NCBI GenBank assembly: GCA_964453165.1
Contig: CAYVNX010000005.1
Location: 1 to 62,560 of the forward strand
Length of the DNA stretch: 62,560 bases
Reading direction: 5' to 3'
Source of the DNA: an uncultured Candidatus Kuenenia sp.
GTDB lineage: Bacteria > Planctomycetota > Planctomycetia > Pirellulales > UBA1268
This document shows positions 8,414 through 17,934 of the stretch, one piece after another. The translations under genes and the position numbers were made by a program. Each line of letters opens with the position of its first letter. Position 1 is the first letter of the stretch. The notes beneath the pieces were generated by a model. The model made no database searches, was not told where the DNA came from, and saw only the letters and a list, made by a program, of their open reading frames with translations.

Positions 8414-11044
8414 GTGGCAGTTCGGATCTATACGCTGGCAAAGGAACTCAAGCTCGACAGCAAGGAGCTGGTCGAGTTGTGCAACCGCGCCGGCATCCAG
8501 GACAAGGGCTCGGCGCTAGCGAGCCTCACTGACGAGGAAGTCTCCAAGCTCAAGGAATTTATCGCGAGCAAGTCGCGGCCGGCCGAGCGGCCGGCTCCGG
8601 CTGCACCCGTGCGGCCTGCGGCAGCACCCGTGCGGCCTGCGGCTGCTCCCGTGCGGCCCGCGGCCCCTCCTGCTCCCGTCACGCGGGAGGACTATATTGC
8701 GCCGGCTGGCGTCTCGAAGGGCAAGCCACCGGAAATTCAGCCGCCGAAGCCGGTGGAGAGCAAGCCGCGGCCCGGTTCAGGCCGCACCGAAGGCAAGCCA
8801 ATGCCCCGGCCAGCCTTTAAATTGGCCCCGCTGCCCGCCGCAGGCCGGGCCTCACCGCCGCCCGCCCGCAGCTCGCAGGAGCCGGTGGCGCAGAAGCCGG
8901 ACGTGAAGCTGCCACTCGACGCGATCCGGAGCGCCAAAGCGGGCGGCGCCAAGCCCCTGGCCGACCACATGCGGAAGGCCGAGCAGCGGCAGGCCGTCGA
9001 GGGCAGCAAGGCGAAGGCGGCTGGGCTCCTCCGAGGCGCTGGAGCGGCCCCGATGCCTCCCCCGCTCCAGCCTGGAGTGCGGCCGCGGCGCACGCCCGCC
9101 AAGCCTGGCGCCGGTGGAGAAGACCTCTTGGGCGGCCGTGAACTCCGGCAGCTCCACCGCAAAAAGCTGCCAGATCGCCGCGGCGGCGACGACGACGACG
9201 CCGGGATGCGGAGACGACGGCGGCTGCCGCGGAAGAGTTCTGGCGTTTCCACTGCGGCTCCGCGGAAGACCAACGCCTCCATCCAGGTGCCTTGCACCGT
9301 GCGAGCGTTCTCCGAGGCGATTGGTCTCGGGGCCAGCGAGGTCTTGAAGAAGCTGCTCACGTTCGGCCTCGAAACGATGCCCAACATGAGCTCGATGCTC
9401 GACCGCGATACCGTCGAACTCCTGGCCGCCGAGCTCGGTGTCCAACTCGACATCAAGACGGCCGAGGATTTGGAGAAGGAACTCCTTGCTGGTTTCGACG
9501 CGGTCGACGAAGACCCCGGGCTGCGGGAGCCGCGGGCACCGGTCGTCACATTCCTCGGTCACGTCGACCACGGCAAGACGTCGCTCCTCGACAAGATTCT
9601 GGGCATCGACGTGGCGGCTCGGGAAAGCGGCGGCATCACCCAGCACATCCGCGCTTACACCATCAATCGCAACGACCATCCGATCACCTTCGTCGACACG
9701 CCGGGCCACGAGGCCTTCACCCAGATGCGGGCCCGCGGCGCGAACGTCACCGACTGCGCGGTGATCGTGGTGGCCGCCGATGACGGCATCATGCCCCAGA
9801 CGGAGGAGGCGATCAGTCACGCGCGAGCCGCCGGCGTGCCGATCGTGGCCTGCATCAACAAGATCGACCTGCCGGGCGCCGATGTGCAGAAGGTCTACCA
9901 GCAACTGGCGGCCAACGAGCTGCTGCCAACGGAGTGGGGCGGCGAGACCGAAGTGGTCAAGACGAGCGCCCTGACGGGCGAGGGGGTGGATTCCCTGCTC
10001 GACACATTGCTGACGATTGCCGAACTCCATGACCTTCGGGCCAACCCCGATCGATTGTCCGCCGGCGTCTGTCTCGATGCCTCGATTCACGAGGGTCGCG
10101 GCGTCGTCGCCTGTCTCATGGTGCAGAAGGGCACGCTCCGGGTCGGCGATGCCGTCGTCTGCGGCGAGGCTGCAGGCAACGTCAAGGCGATGATGAACAC
10201 GCTCACTCGGCGGAAGGTCACGGAGGCCGGGCCTTCGACGGCGGTGTTCGTCACCGGACTCGACGTCGCTCCGGGTGCGGGCGAGCGATTCCAGGTGGTC
10301 GATTCGATCGCGATGGCCCGGGAGGTCGCGACGAAGCGGAACGATCTTCGTCGGCACAGCACGCTTGCCAGCGCCCCAGTGCACGTCACGCTCGAGAATC
10401 TTGCCGACCGCCTCGGCACCCAGAAGGCCCCCACCCTCAACCTGATCTTACGCGCCGATGTGCGGGGCTCGATCGAGGCGATCCTCAAGGAACTCCAGAA
10501 ACTGGAGCATCCGGAGGTGAAGATTCGCGTGCTCCAGGCGACGGTCGGCGGCGTGACCGAGGCCGACGTGGCACTTGCCGACGCCTCGGACGCGGTAATC
10601 ATCGCGTTCAACGTCGTGCCCGATGAGCGGGCTCGCTCGGCCGCCGATGACCGTGGCGTGCAGATCCGCCGCTACGACATCATCTATCAGGTCACCGACG
10701 ACCTGCGCAAGGCGCTCGAGGGCATGCTCGCGCCGGAGAAGCGAGAGACCGAACTGGGTCGGGCGCTCGTGCAGCGAACCTTCAGCATCAGCCGAATCGG
10801 CGTCATCGCCGGCTGCCGGGTCATCGCGGGCATCATCGCTCGCAACGCCCGGTTGCGTGTCATCCGTGACAGCCGGGTGCTGGGCGACTACGGAATCGAG
10901 TCGCTCAAGCGGGAGAAGGACGACGCCCGCGAGGTGCGGGATGGCCTGGAGTGCGGCATCAAGCTCGCCGGATTCAACGATGTCAAGGAGGGTGACATCC
11001 TCGAGTGCTACCGGATCGAGGAAGTCGCCCGAACTCTCTCGTGA
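8414..11044 (+). CDS. infB: Translation initiation factor IF-2
   Basis: [24 protein letters not shown]-domain. GTPase motifs [20 protein letters not shown] and NKID. Pro/Ala-rich linker with three 21-nt repeats. Confidence 0.95.
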   Translation: MAVRIYTLAKELKLDSKELVELCNRAGIQDKGSALASLTDEEVSKLKEFIASKSRPAERPAPAAPVRPAAAPVRPAAAPVRPAAPPAPVTREDYIAPAGVSKGKPPEIQPPKPVESKPRPGSGRTEGKPMPRPAFKLAPLPAAGRASPPPARSSQEPVAQKPDVKLPLDAIRSAKAGGAKPLADHMRKAEQRQAVEGSKAKAAGLLRGAGAAPMPPPLQPGVRPRRTPAKPGAGGEDLLGGRELRQLHRKKLPDRRGGDDDDAGMRRRRRLPRKSSGVSTAAPRKTNASIQVPCTVRAFSEAIGLGASEVLKKLLTFGLETMPNMSSMLDRDTVELLAAELGVQLDIKTAEDLEKELLAGFDAVDEDPGLREPRAPVVTFLGHVDHGKTSLLDKILGIDVAARESGGITQHIRAYTINRNDHPITFVDTPGHEAFTQMRARGANVTDCAVIVVAADDGIMPQTEEAISHARAAGVPIVACINKIDLPGADVQKVYQQLAANELLPTEWGGETEVVKTSALTGEGVDSLLDTLLTIAELHDLRANPDRLSAGVCLDASIHEGRGVVACLMVQKGTLRVGDAVVCGEAAGNVKAMMNTLTRRKVTEAGPSTAVFVTGLDVAPGAGERFQVVDSIAMAREVATKRNDLRRHSTLASAPVHVTLENLADRLGTQKAPTLNLILRADVRGSIEAILKELQKLEHPEVKIRVLQATVGGVTEADVALADASDAVIIAFNVVPDERARSAADDRGVQIRRYDIIYQVTDDLRKALEGMLAPEKRETELGRALVQRTFSISRIGVIAGCRVIAGIIARNARLRVIRDSRVLGDYGIESLKREKDDAREVRDGLECGIKLAGFNDVKEGDILECYRIEEVARTLS

Positions 11045-11451
11045 GCACACGCAGACTCCTCAAGGCGGCCGAGGCGGTGCGGGAGGTGGTCAGCATGGCC
11101 ATCCTCACGGAGGTTCGCGATCCGCGGGTGCGGGACGTGACGGTGACGCGGGTCGAGATGGCTCCCGACATGCGATCGGCGCTCGTCCATGTGTCGGTGA
11201 TGGGCAACGCCGCGAAGGAGCAACTCGCCCTGCGAGGCCTGGCCAACGCAGCCGGCTTTCTCCAATCGCGGATCGCCGACCGGATCGACACCCGCTACAC
11301 GCCCCGCCTGCGATTCGAACTCGATGCCGGTGTGAAGCACTCGCTTGAGATCTCCCGCGTTCTCGATGAAGTCTTGCCTGCTGCGGACGCTGAGCCGGCT
11401 GCCGCGGCCCCACCCGATCAGCCCGACGACCCCACTCAGGACGACTCATGA
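11041..11451 (+). CDS. rbfA: Ribosome-binding factor A
   Basis: RRLLKAAEAVREVVSMAILTEVRDPRV...VTVTRVEMAPDMRSALVHVSV. GTG at 11041 overlaps the infB stop (GTGA). Confidence 0.85.
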   Translation: MSTRRLLKAAEAVREVVSMAILTEVRDPRVRDVTVTRVEMAPDMRSALVHVSVMGNAAKEQLALRGLANAAGFLQSRIADRIDTRYTPRLRFELDAGVKHSLEISRVLDEVLPAADAEPAAAAPPDQPDDPTQDDS

Positions 11452-12692
11452 CTGCACGCAAGCGATCCACGCCCGACAAATCGAAGCCCGTCGCCAAGGC
11501 GGCCAAGGCCACCCCGAAGCCGGTGGCGAAGCCCGCTCCCAAGCCGACGGCCAAGCCAGTGGCCAAGGGTCCGACCAAGGCCACTCCCAAGGCGACTCCC
11601 AAGGTGGACGCGAAAGTGGCCGCGAAGCCGGAGAAACCCGCTCCCGAGCCCAAGCCCGTGGTCGAAAAGACGCCTCCGCGTGGGCAACTCGTGCCCAAAC
11701 TCCACAAGGCGCTCAAGGCAAACTACAAGCCCTTCACGAGCGACACCGCCCGTCCGCTGCTGCACCAGGTCTTGCTCGCCTGCTGCCTGGAAAACGCCCC
11801 AGCCGACGCGGCCGAGCGGGCCTTTGAGCGGCTCATGGAGGCCTACTTCGACCTCAATGAGGTGCGGGTGACGACGGTGGCCGAACTGGCCGAAACCCTC
11901 CACGACCTCCCCGATCCGGCCCGGGCGGCGCTCTCGCTTCGGCGGGCCCTGCAGGGCGTCTTCGAGTCCACCTACAGCTTCTCACTCGAACATGCCAAGA
12001 AGCACTCCCTCTCGCACGGACTGAAGGTGCTTGAAGGGCTTCATGGCGTGCCTCCGTTCGTGACCCAGTATGTGGCTTCGACCGCCCTCGGGGGTCACAT
12101 GATCCCGCTGGACAAGGCGGCACTGTCGGGCCTTTGGCTCTGCGGGCTGATCACCCAGCAGGAATACGACTCGGGGAAGGTGGCGGGCCTGGAGCGAATC
12201 ATCGGCAAGAAGGCCGGGCTCGAGTTCAGTGCCCTCCTCCACCAGTTCGGTCTCGACGTGCTCACGAACCTCCATGGGGCCACCGTGCGGAAGATCGTGC
12301 TGGCCGTGAATCCGGCCGCCAAGGACCGATTCCCGAAGCGGGGCGAGTCGCTGCCCGAGCCCGTTCCGCCGCCGGTCACGGACAAGGCGGGGCTGAAGGC
12401 TGCCGACGCCGCCCGGGCCGCGGCCGAAGAACTCCGCCCGGCCGGCCCGCAGGCGGCGGCGCGGCCCGCTGGGAAGACTCCCCTGCCTCCCCCCGGCTCG
12501 GGCCCCAAGAAAAACGACGGAAAGGGAAAGAGCGGCCCCAAGCCTTTCGTGGTGAAACCCCTGACGATCAAACCGCAACCGGCCCCACCTCCGGCGGAAC
12601 CGGTGAGCCCGCCGCCCGCCGCGAAAAAGGCGACGGCCAAACCGGCCGGAGACAAGCATACGTCGAACCTGAGCAAGCGCAAGCCCCGCTGA
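11448..12692 (+). CDS. Protein with Lys/Pro/Ala-rich (histone H1-like) N- and C-terminal tails around an HhH-GPD/endonuclease III-like core
   Basis: N-terminus KSKPVAKAAKATPKPVAKPAPKPTAKPVAKGPTKATPKATPK. Core contains LEGLHGVPPFVTQYVASTALGGHMIPLD, resembling the HhH plus Gly/Pro...Asp loop; domain call is from memory only. The ATG overlaps the rbfA stop (ATGA). Confidence 0.5.
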   Translation: MTARKRSTPDKSKPVAKAAKATPKPVAKPAPKPTAKPVAKGPTKATPKATPKVDAKVAAKPEKPAPEPKPVVEKTPPRGQLVPKLHKALKANYKPFTSDTARPLLHQVLLACCLENAPADAAERAFERLMEAYFDLNEVRVTTVAELAETLHDLPDPARAALSLRRALQGVFESTYSFSLEHAKKHSLSHGLKVLEGLHGVPPFVTQYVASTALGGHMIPLDKAALSGLWLCGLITQQEYDSGKVAGLERIIGKKAGLEFSALLHQFGLDVLTNLHGATVRKIVLAVNPAAKDRFPKRGESLPEPVPPPVTDKAGLKAADAARAAAEELRPAGPQAAARPAGKTPLPPPGSGPKKNDGKGKSGPKPFVVKPLTIKPQPAPPPAEPVSPPPAAKKATAKPAGDKHTSNLSKRKPR

Positions 12693-12722
12693 CCGGTCGG
12701 CCGGCGGACAGGAGGAGGAGTC

Positions 12723-13472
12723 ATGGCAGGTCATTCCCACTGGGCCAACATCGCCCGCAAGAAGGCCGTAGTCGATGCGAAGCGTGGCAAGCTCTGGAGC
12801 AAGCTCGCCAAGGCGATCATCGTGGCCGCAAAGCACGGTGGCCCGGATCCGGACGCGAATCTCCGGCTTCGGTATGCCATCGATGCCGCGAAGGCCGTGA
12901 GCATGCCCAAGGACAACATCCAGCGGGCGATCAAGACCGGCACGGGTGAGCTCAAGGGGGGGAACCTCGAGGAATCGATGTACGAGGGCTACGCCGCCGG
13001 CGGCGTGGCCGTGATGTGTGAGATCCTGACCGACAACAAGAACCGCACGGCACCCGAGATCCGGAAGATCTTCGAGTTGTGCGACGGCAAGCTCGGCGGC
13101 ACGGGCTGTGTCGCGTATCTCTTCGAGCGGAAGGGGCTCGTGCGGCTGCCCCAGGCGGCCTGCGACGAGGATCGGATCATGGAAGTGGCGCTCGAAGCGG
13201 GCGCCGAGGACGTCAAGGCCGCCGACGATCGCTGGGAGATCATCTGCGACCCCGCGACGATGACCAACGTGATCGACGCCCTGAAGGCCGCGGGCCTGGA
13301 GCCTGAGTCGAGCGAGATGACCCGGGTCCCGACCAACACCGTCGAGGTGGACGACGTCGACACGGCCCGCCGCGTGCTGACCCTGATGGAGCGGCTCGAC
13401 GACCATGACGACGTCCAGAGCGTGGCCGCCAACTTCAGCATCCCCGACGAAGCCCTCGCCCAACTGCAATGA
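12723..13472 (+). CDS. yebC: YebC/PmpR family DNA-binding transcriptional regulator
   Basis: MAGHSHWANIARKKAVVDAKRGKLWSKLAKAI is the family-diagnostic N-terminus. Confidence 0.9.
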   Translation: MAGHSHWANIARKKAVVDAKRGKLWSKLAKAIIVAAKHGGPDPDANLRLRYAIDAAKAVSMPKDNIQRAIKTGTGELKGGNLEESMYEGYAAGGVAVMCEILTDNKNRTAPEIRKIFELCDGKLGGTGCVAYLFERKGLVRLPQAACDEDRIMEVALEAGAEDVKAADDRWEIICDPATMTNVIDALKAAGLEPESSEMTRVPTNTVEVDDVDTARRVLTLMERLDDHDDVQSVAANFSIPDEALAQLQ

Positions 13473-13477
13473 CGCGA

Positions 13478-13621
13478 TCGCTCGCCTCGGCGGAAGCTTC
13501 GTCCACCGGTGGGTCGGGATTGCCCATGCCCCGTCGCCGGACGCTCGCGTCGGCCCTCCAGGCCTCCGCTCGCTCCGAGGAAACTGCGATTCGCCATCCA
13601 TGGCTTCGCTGGTTTCCTAGG
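13478..13621 (-). repeat. Dispersed repeat element, copy B (inverted relative to copy A; single unit)
   Basis: The reverse complement of 13501-13621 reads cctaggaaaccagcgaagccatggatggcgaatcgcagtttcctcggag..., matching nt 1-121. Lies in the 400-bp convergent gap between yebC and the cytochrome gene. Confidence 0.8.
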
Positions 13622-13834
13622 CCGGCTCTCGGGGCACGGGCAACCCCGACCGAATTGCGAAATGGAAGTGCCCGAAGCCGCCTCACATCTCAGGCACGCA
13701 GCGGGCGCAGCCCTCGCCGCGTGCCATCCGACCCGCACCCCTGGATGCCGATCCGCGCAGAACGGGCCACCTCACCCATCAGGCCGCACGCCATCGGCCG
13801 CCCGGAAGGCGGCCGGCAGCCGGAGGGCTGCCAA

Positions 13835-13865
13835 GGATTCGTGGGCCAGGGATGGCCACGAATCC
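13835..13865 (-). terminator. Hairpin just after the cytochrome gene stop
   Basis: ggattcgtgggcca/tggccacgaatcc forms a stem of about 12 bp with one bulge, 7 nt from the stop at 13872. There is no clear U-tract. Confidence 0.35.
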
Positions 13866-13871
13866 GTACAA

Positions 13872-15377
13872 CTAGTGCTCGACCGTGGGCCAGTACTCGT
13901 CGAAGTCAAAGTGCGGACTGTTGTCGAGGTCGTGGCACTCGAGGCAGTTGTTGACCACCTTTTCCCGGTCAGCCGGAGTATCGAGCGAGAGCACGAGTTC
14001 GGCCCGGAGCCGGTCCCGCTCGACCGTACTGGCTCGCACGTCGCCGCGTTCGACGGCCGTGTGGGCCGCGGCCGGTCCGTGGCAGTTCTCACAGCCTTGA
14101 TGGGCCAGTTGGGGCGTCTTGTCCATCCCCATGAAGCCACCCTCGAAGGGCTCGAACCGCTGGGGAGCCCAGCCGACGACGTGGCAGGACAGGCACTCCG
14201 GATCGCCGTCACGGCGGGGAACTGCCTCCTCGAGCGTCGTGAGCGCCGTCGCATGCCCGGAACTCTCCCAGACCTCGAAGGCCTCCGCATGGCACTCGGC
14301 GCAGGCCGCGCTGCCGGCGAATCGCCGGCCGCTGGGGTGGCGGATCGGCACGAGTCCCAGGCCTTCGAGGCCAAGCGTCTCGAGCTTCTGCTGATAGGTG
14401 GCCAGGATGGCGATCATGTCGTCGGCCTCGCCCCAGCGGGCGTCGAGCGGCACCCGCTGCGAGCGGATCGGCGCCGCTGCGTCGGCAAAAAACCCGATCG
14501 CCACCGCGTACATGCCCTTGTGACCGAGTTCGACGAGCCGGCCGCCGCCCGGGAGCTCCGGGAGTTCGAAGGGCGGCTCATCGGCGCCGCCGGCCGTCAC
14601 CACGATGTCGAATTGAGGGAAGGCGGCGGCCAGTCGCTTCGTCTCCTCCGCGGTCGCCCAGGAGAGGAGCACCTGATGGTCGCAGCCCGCGGCCGCCAGT
14701 TGGGTCGCCACGGCCGCCAGTGCCTCGGCCGCGGGCAGGACCTCGACGTCGTCGTTACGGACCCGAGAGGCCTCCTCGTCGCCCAGGACCGCAGTGATTC
14801 CAATCTTCAGCCCTCCGGCCTCGACCACCCGGAACCGGGGCGTGATATTGGCGTCGAGGCCCAGGAGGCCGACGTTGGCGCTCAGATAGGGTGTGGGCTC
14901 GTCGCCAATCGGAGCCACCGCCGCCACGAGTTCCTCTGCCGGCAGCCGCAGGTCACCGGGGCCGAAGCCCACCGCGGCGTACCGCATGCCCCGCAGGCCG
15001 TCCACGATCGACTGAAATTTCTGCTCGGTCTGCCGGCCAAACCGCTTGACCTGGCCGCCGAGATCGACCGGCACGGCTTCCCAACCGGCCTCGCTCACCG
15101 CCCGGAGGAAGTTCTGCCTCCGGCTCAAACCCCCTTTCTGGTTCTCCTTACCGGTGCAGCCGCACGGCTCGATGTAGCCGTCGAGTTCACCGGTCAACAC
15201 CAGGACCGCCTGGGGCTGCGGCCAGTCGGTGAACACCGCCCCGTTCCGCTCCCGAAATGTCTCGACGACAGCGTCGTCCACGCCCGGCCCCCGTTCGGGC
15301 GCGCCGGCCCTGACTGCGGCCGTGGCCGCCAGTACGAAAAGGCAAAGGAAGGCGAACCGGGTAAGAACCATCACCAT
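13872..15377 (-). CDS. Secreted tetrahaem c-type cytochrome with an uncharacterised N-terminal domain of about 300 aa
   Basis: Signal peptide MVMVLTRFAFLCLFVLAATAAVRA. Four CxxCH motifs lie in the C-terminal third: CAECH, CLSCH, CENCH and CLECH. Confidence 0.8.
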   Translation of the reverse strand: MVMVLTRFAFLCLFVLAATAAVRAGAPERGPGVDDAVVETFRERNGAVFTDWPQPQAVLVLTGELDGYIEPCGCTGKENQKGGLSRRQNFLRAVSEAGWEAVPVDLGGQVKRFGRQTEQKFQSIVDGLRGMRYAAVGFGPGDLRLPAEELVAAVAPIGDEPTPYLSANVGLLGLDANITPRFRVVEAGGLKIGITAVLGDEEASRVRNDDVEVLPAAEALAAVATQLAAAGCDHQVLLSWATAEETKRLAAAFPQFDIVVTAGGADEPPFELPELPGGGRLVELGHKGMYAVAIGFFADAAAPIRSQRVPLDARWGEADDMIAILATYQQKLETLGLEGLGLVPIRHPSGRRFAGSAACAECHAEAFEVWESSGHATALTTLEEAVPRRDGDPECLSCHVVGWAPQRFEPFEGGFMGMDKTPQLAHQGCENCHGPAAAHTAVERGDVRASTVERDRLRAELVLSLDTPADREKVVNNCLECHDLDNSPHFDFDEYWPTVEH

Positions 15378-15404
15378 GCGATGCTCCGCGAAGGCTGAAG
15401 GGGT

Positions 15405-16601
15405 TCAGGGGCCGACGACCACGCAGACGGGGATCGAGAGCGTCGGCGTGTCAGGGTGGCCGGTGGCGAGCACGATCCGGCCGGCCGGTGCTTGCTCCGA
15501 ACAGATGTGGTTGACGGGCCGGCTGCCGGCGGGAATCACGATCTCGAGGGGAATTCGCACGACCCCACCTGAGCCGATCGGCTTGGCTTCGCCCACGGTG
15601 ACCTCGAGCGAGTCAGGCACAGTCTCGATCACCTGCGGCCGCACGGCCTCCCGGTGCGGTCCCTTGGCGGTCAGAAACAGCGTGGTCTTCAGCCCCGACC
15701 GACCGGAAACCGTTCCCAGCCGGAGAGCCTGGCGGGAGGAATCCCATCCTTGCCCAGCCAGCACAAGATCACCCCCAACGCTTCCTTCAAAGAGCAGTTC
15801 CGCGGTGACTGGTTCCGGCATCCGAAATCGCGCCGTGAGGAGCTGCTTCAGGGCCCCTAGCGGCAGCCCAGGATGAACGGTGACATCGATGCGAAATCCG
15901 CCGGTCGCGGCCGGCTCGGCCGCCAGTTCCTCGGGGGACAGCGAAGCGGAGGAAAGGGAGAAAAATTGGGAAGCCTGAGGGTGGTCGATGGTCAGCGACT
16001 CGACGACCGGCGTTTCCTCGCCATAGGTGAAGATGGTCGTGGCGGCCCGCTCGCTCGCCGAGGCCGTCAGCCGTGGCAGCGCGATCGTCGGCGGGACGGC
16101 CTTCCAACTCGGCAGCACCGTGCCCTCGACCACGAACACGATCTCGGGCCGCCGCGGGTCGTCGGTCAGGACCGTGACCTGCTGCCGAAAGGGCCCACCC
16201 GGCGGCTTTCCCTTCCACTGCACCGTGACAAACGTACTGCCTTCGGGCGGCACCTCTCGCATGGGCTCCGCGCCTTCGCCGGCCTCTTGGTCGAAGTCGC
16301 TCACGGTGCAACTGCAACTCGAACTTCCCTTGCGAAGCGTGAGCGGGCCCAGGCCGACGTTCCGCACCTCAAACCGGTGGCTGCCCGTCTCACCTGTGCC
16401 GACCGTCCCGAAGCCGTGGGTCGTCTCCGCCACCTCGACCCGTGGCGCGTCGGGAGCAACCGGGCCGTCCGCCGGCACCACATCCCCGACCTGCCACGGA
16501 ATCAGGGTCGCCTTGAGTGCGGAGCCCGCGGCCCCGACGAAGCTGCCAACCGCCACCGCCGCTGCTGCGACCGTCCATGCTCCAGGCAACCGCACTGCCA
16601 T
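15405..16601 (-). CDS. DUF1573 domain-containing membrane-anchored protein
   Basis: N-terminal anchor AWTVAAAAVAVGSFVGAAG, then HGFGTVGTGETGSHRFEVRNVGLGPLTLRKGSSSCSC, typical of DUF1573. Start ATG at 16601 (alternative 16649). Confidence 0.65.
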   Translation of the reverse strand: MAVRLPGAWTVAAAAVAVGSFVGAAGSALKATLIPWQVGDVVPADGPVAPDAPRVEVAETTHGFGTVGTGETGSHRFEVRNVGLGPLTLRKGSSSCSCTVSDFDQEAGEGAEPMREVPPEGSTFVTVQWKGKPPGGPFRQQVTVLTDDPRRPEIVFVVEGTVLPSWKAVPPTIALPRLTASASERAATTIFTYGEETPVVESLTIDHPQASQFFSLSSASLSPEELAAEPAATGGFRIDVTVHPGLPLGALKQLLTARFRMPEPVTAELLFEGSVGGDLVLAGQGWDSSRQALRLGTVSGRSGLKTTLFLTAKGPHREAVRPQVIETVPDSLEVTVGEAKPIGSGGVVRIPLEIVIPAGSRPVNHICSEQAPAGRIVLATGHPDTPTLSIPVCVVVGP

Positions 16602-16736
16602 CTGCCGCCCACTCCTCCGCAGACCTCGAACGCCCTCGAGACTGTGCATGTCGAGTCTACCTCAGAAGGATAGGCGGCGATGATCGGGCGAGCAGTCCTC
16701 CGACGTTCGCGCGAGCGAACCTCGGATCTCAGACCG

Positions 16737-17285
16737 TCAGGGGGGCGGATCGGCCCCCAGAAAACCGCCAGGATCGAAGTCGGCGACATCCCGCCAGGCT
16801 GGGAGATCCAGCAGCGACGAGGCCACCATCACGACCCCGGAGCGAACCTCGCGGTCGATGTCATCGAACAGCGGCAGTTGCTCAATCAGGCTGGTTTCCT
16901 CCGCTCCGCTGAACTCCAGCGGAAGAGGATTTTCGAGGAGGCGACCAGCTGCCACCGATTCGATTCCGCCGCGCCGGACCTGCCCCGGCGGGAATCCGAT
17001 GGCGAGCACCAACGCCACACCGCTGCCAATCACCAGCGCAACGCCAAGAGCCGACTGCGGAACACGTCTGCCGCCGCAGGATGCGGCGACTGGCGGCGCC
17101 CGCAGCCCGCGTGGCTGCCGTCGCCGGGCCCCGGCCGGCACCTCGGCCCTTACTCGGTGCATGAGCGCGGCCTGGAAGCCCGACGAGAAAGCCGGCCGCT
17201 CCCAGGCCGCCTCTTCCGCCAGGCATGCCGCCAGCGCGGTGCACTCGACGTCGTTGGTCGAATCACCATCCCCGTTTCGCCCCAT
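16737..17285 (-). CDS. Putative anti-sigma factor (single-pass membrane protein)
   Basis: Starts 2 nt after the ECF sigma stop. Has one TM (ALGVALVIGSGVALVLAIGF) and a C-terminal extracytoplasmic domain of about 75 aa. Assigned by position and topology only. Confidence 0.55.
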   Translation of the reverse strand: MGRNGDGDSTNDVECTALAACLAEEAAWERPAFSSGFQAALMHRVRAEVPAGARRRQPRGLRAPPVAASCGGRRVPQSALGVALVIGSGVALVLAIGFPPGQVRRGGIESVAAGRLLENPLPLEFSGAEETSLIEQLPLFDDIDREVRSGVVMVASSLLDLPAWRDVADFDPGGFLGADPPP

Positions 17286-17287
17286 CG

Positions 17288-17890
17288 TCAGTCACTCCAG
17301 GCTGCCAGATCCCTCATCACCGGCTCGAGCCGCTGCCGAGCCCGAAACAGAATCACCTTGACGGTCGCCTCTGGCTTCCCCAACACGACCGCGATTTCCG
17401 CCAGGGGCTTGTCCTCCACGTAGCGAAGCCAGGTGGCCGTAAACTCCCGCTCGGAGAGCCGGGCCGCCGCCGCGTCCCAGAGGAGCGAAGCCTGCTCGGT
17501 GGCGATCAACGCGGCCGGCGGTCCGACTTCTCCCACGCTCGGCCGCACGGCAGCCGCGACCGTCTCCCGGTGTCGCCGCCGCTGCCGCCCGCGTTCCTGA
17601 TTCAGCCACGCCCGGCGGGCGATCGTGAACAGCCACGTCGAGAAAGCCCATTGGGAGTCATAGTCGCCGATCCGCTGCCAGGCCTTGAGAAACGCCTCTT
17701 GGACCGCGTCATCGGCATCGCCCTGCCCCGTCCGCCGGGCCAGCCGATGCACGTAGTGCCTCACGCCCGCCTGATGCCGCCGGGCGAGCCTGGCGAAACT
17801 CTCCTCGCATCCAGCAGCCGCCTGCTGCGCGAGTCTCGCATCGTGCTGCGCGAGTTCATCGACCACGCAGCCCCCAGTCGGTTCTTCCAC
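17288..17890 (-). CDS. ECF-type RNA polymerase sigma-70 factor
   Basis: Region 2 DADDAVQEAFLKAWQRIGDYD...FSTWLFTIARRAWLN. Region 4 KPLAEIAVVLGKPEATVKVILFRARQRL. GTG start. Confidence 0.88.
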   Translation of the reverse strand: MEEPTGGCVVDELAQHDARLAQQAAAGCEESFARLARRHQAGVRHYVHRLARRTGQGDADDAVQEAFLKAWQRIGDYDSQWAFSTWLFTIARRAWLNQERGRQRRRHRETVAAAVRPSVGEVGPPAALIATEQASLLWDAAAARLSEREFTATWLRYVEDKPLAEIAVVLGKPEATVKVILFRARQRLEPVMRDLAAWSD

Positions 17891-17934
17891 GTCTGCCGGC
17901 GTGTCCGGGATGGAATGCCCCGCAGCGAGACGAG

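Noticed and set aside
8595-8665. A 21-nt triple repeat (PAAAPVR) as a separate repeat element.
   Set aside because: It lies in-frame within the variable Pro/Ala linker of IF-2, which is ordinary low-complexity coding expansion.
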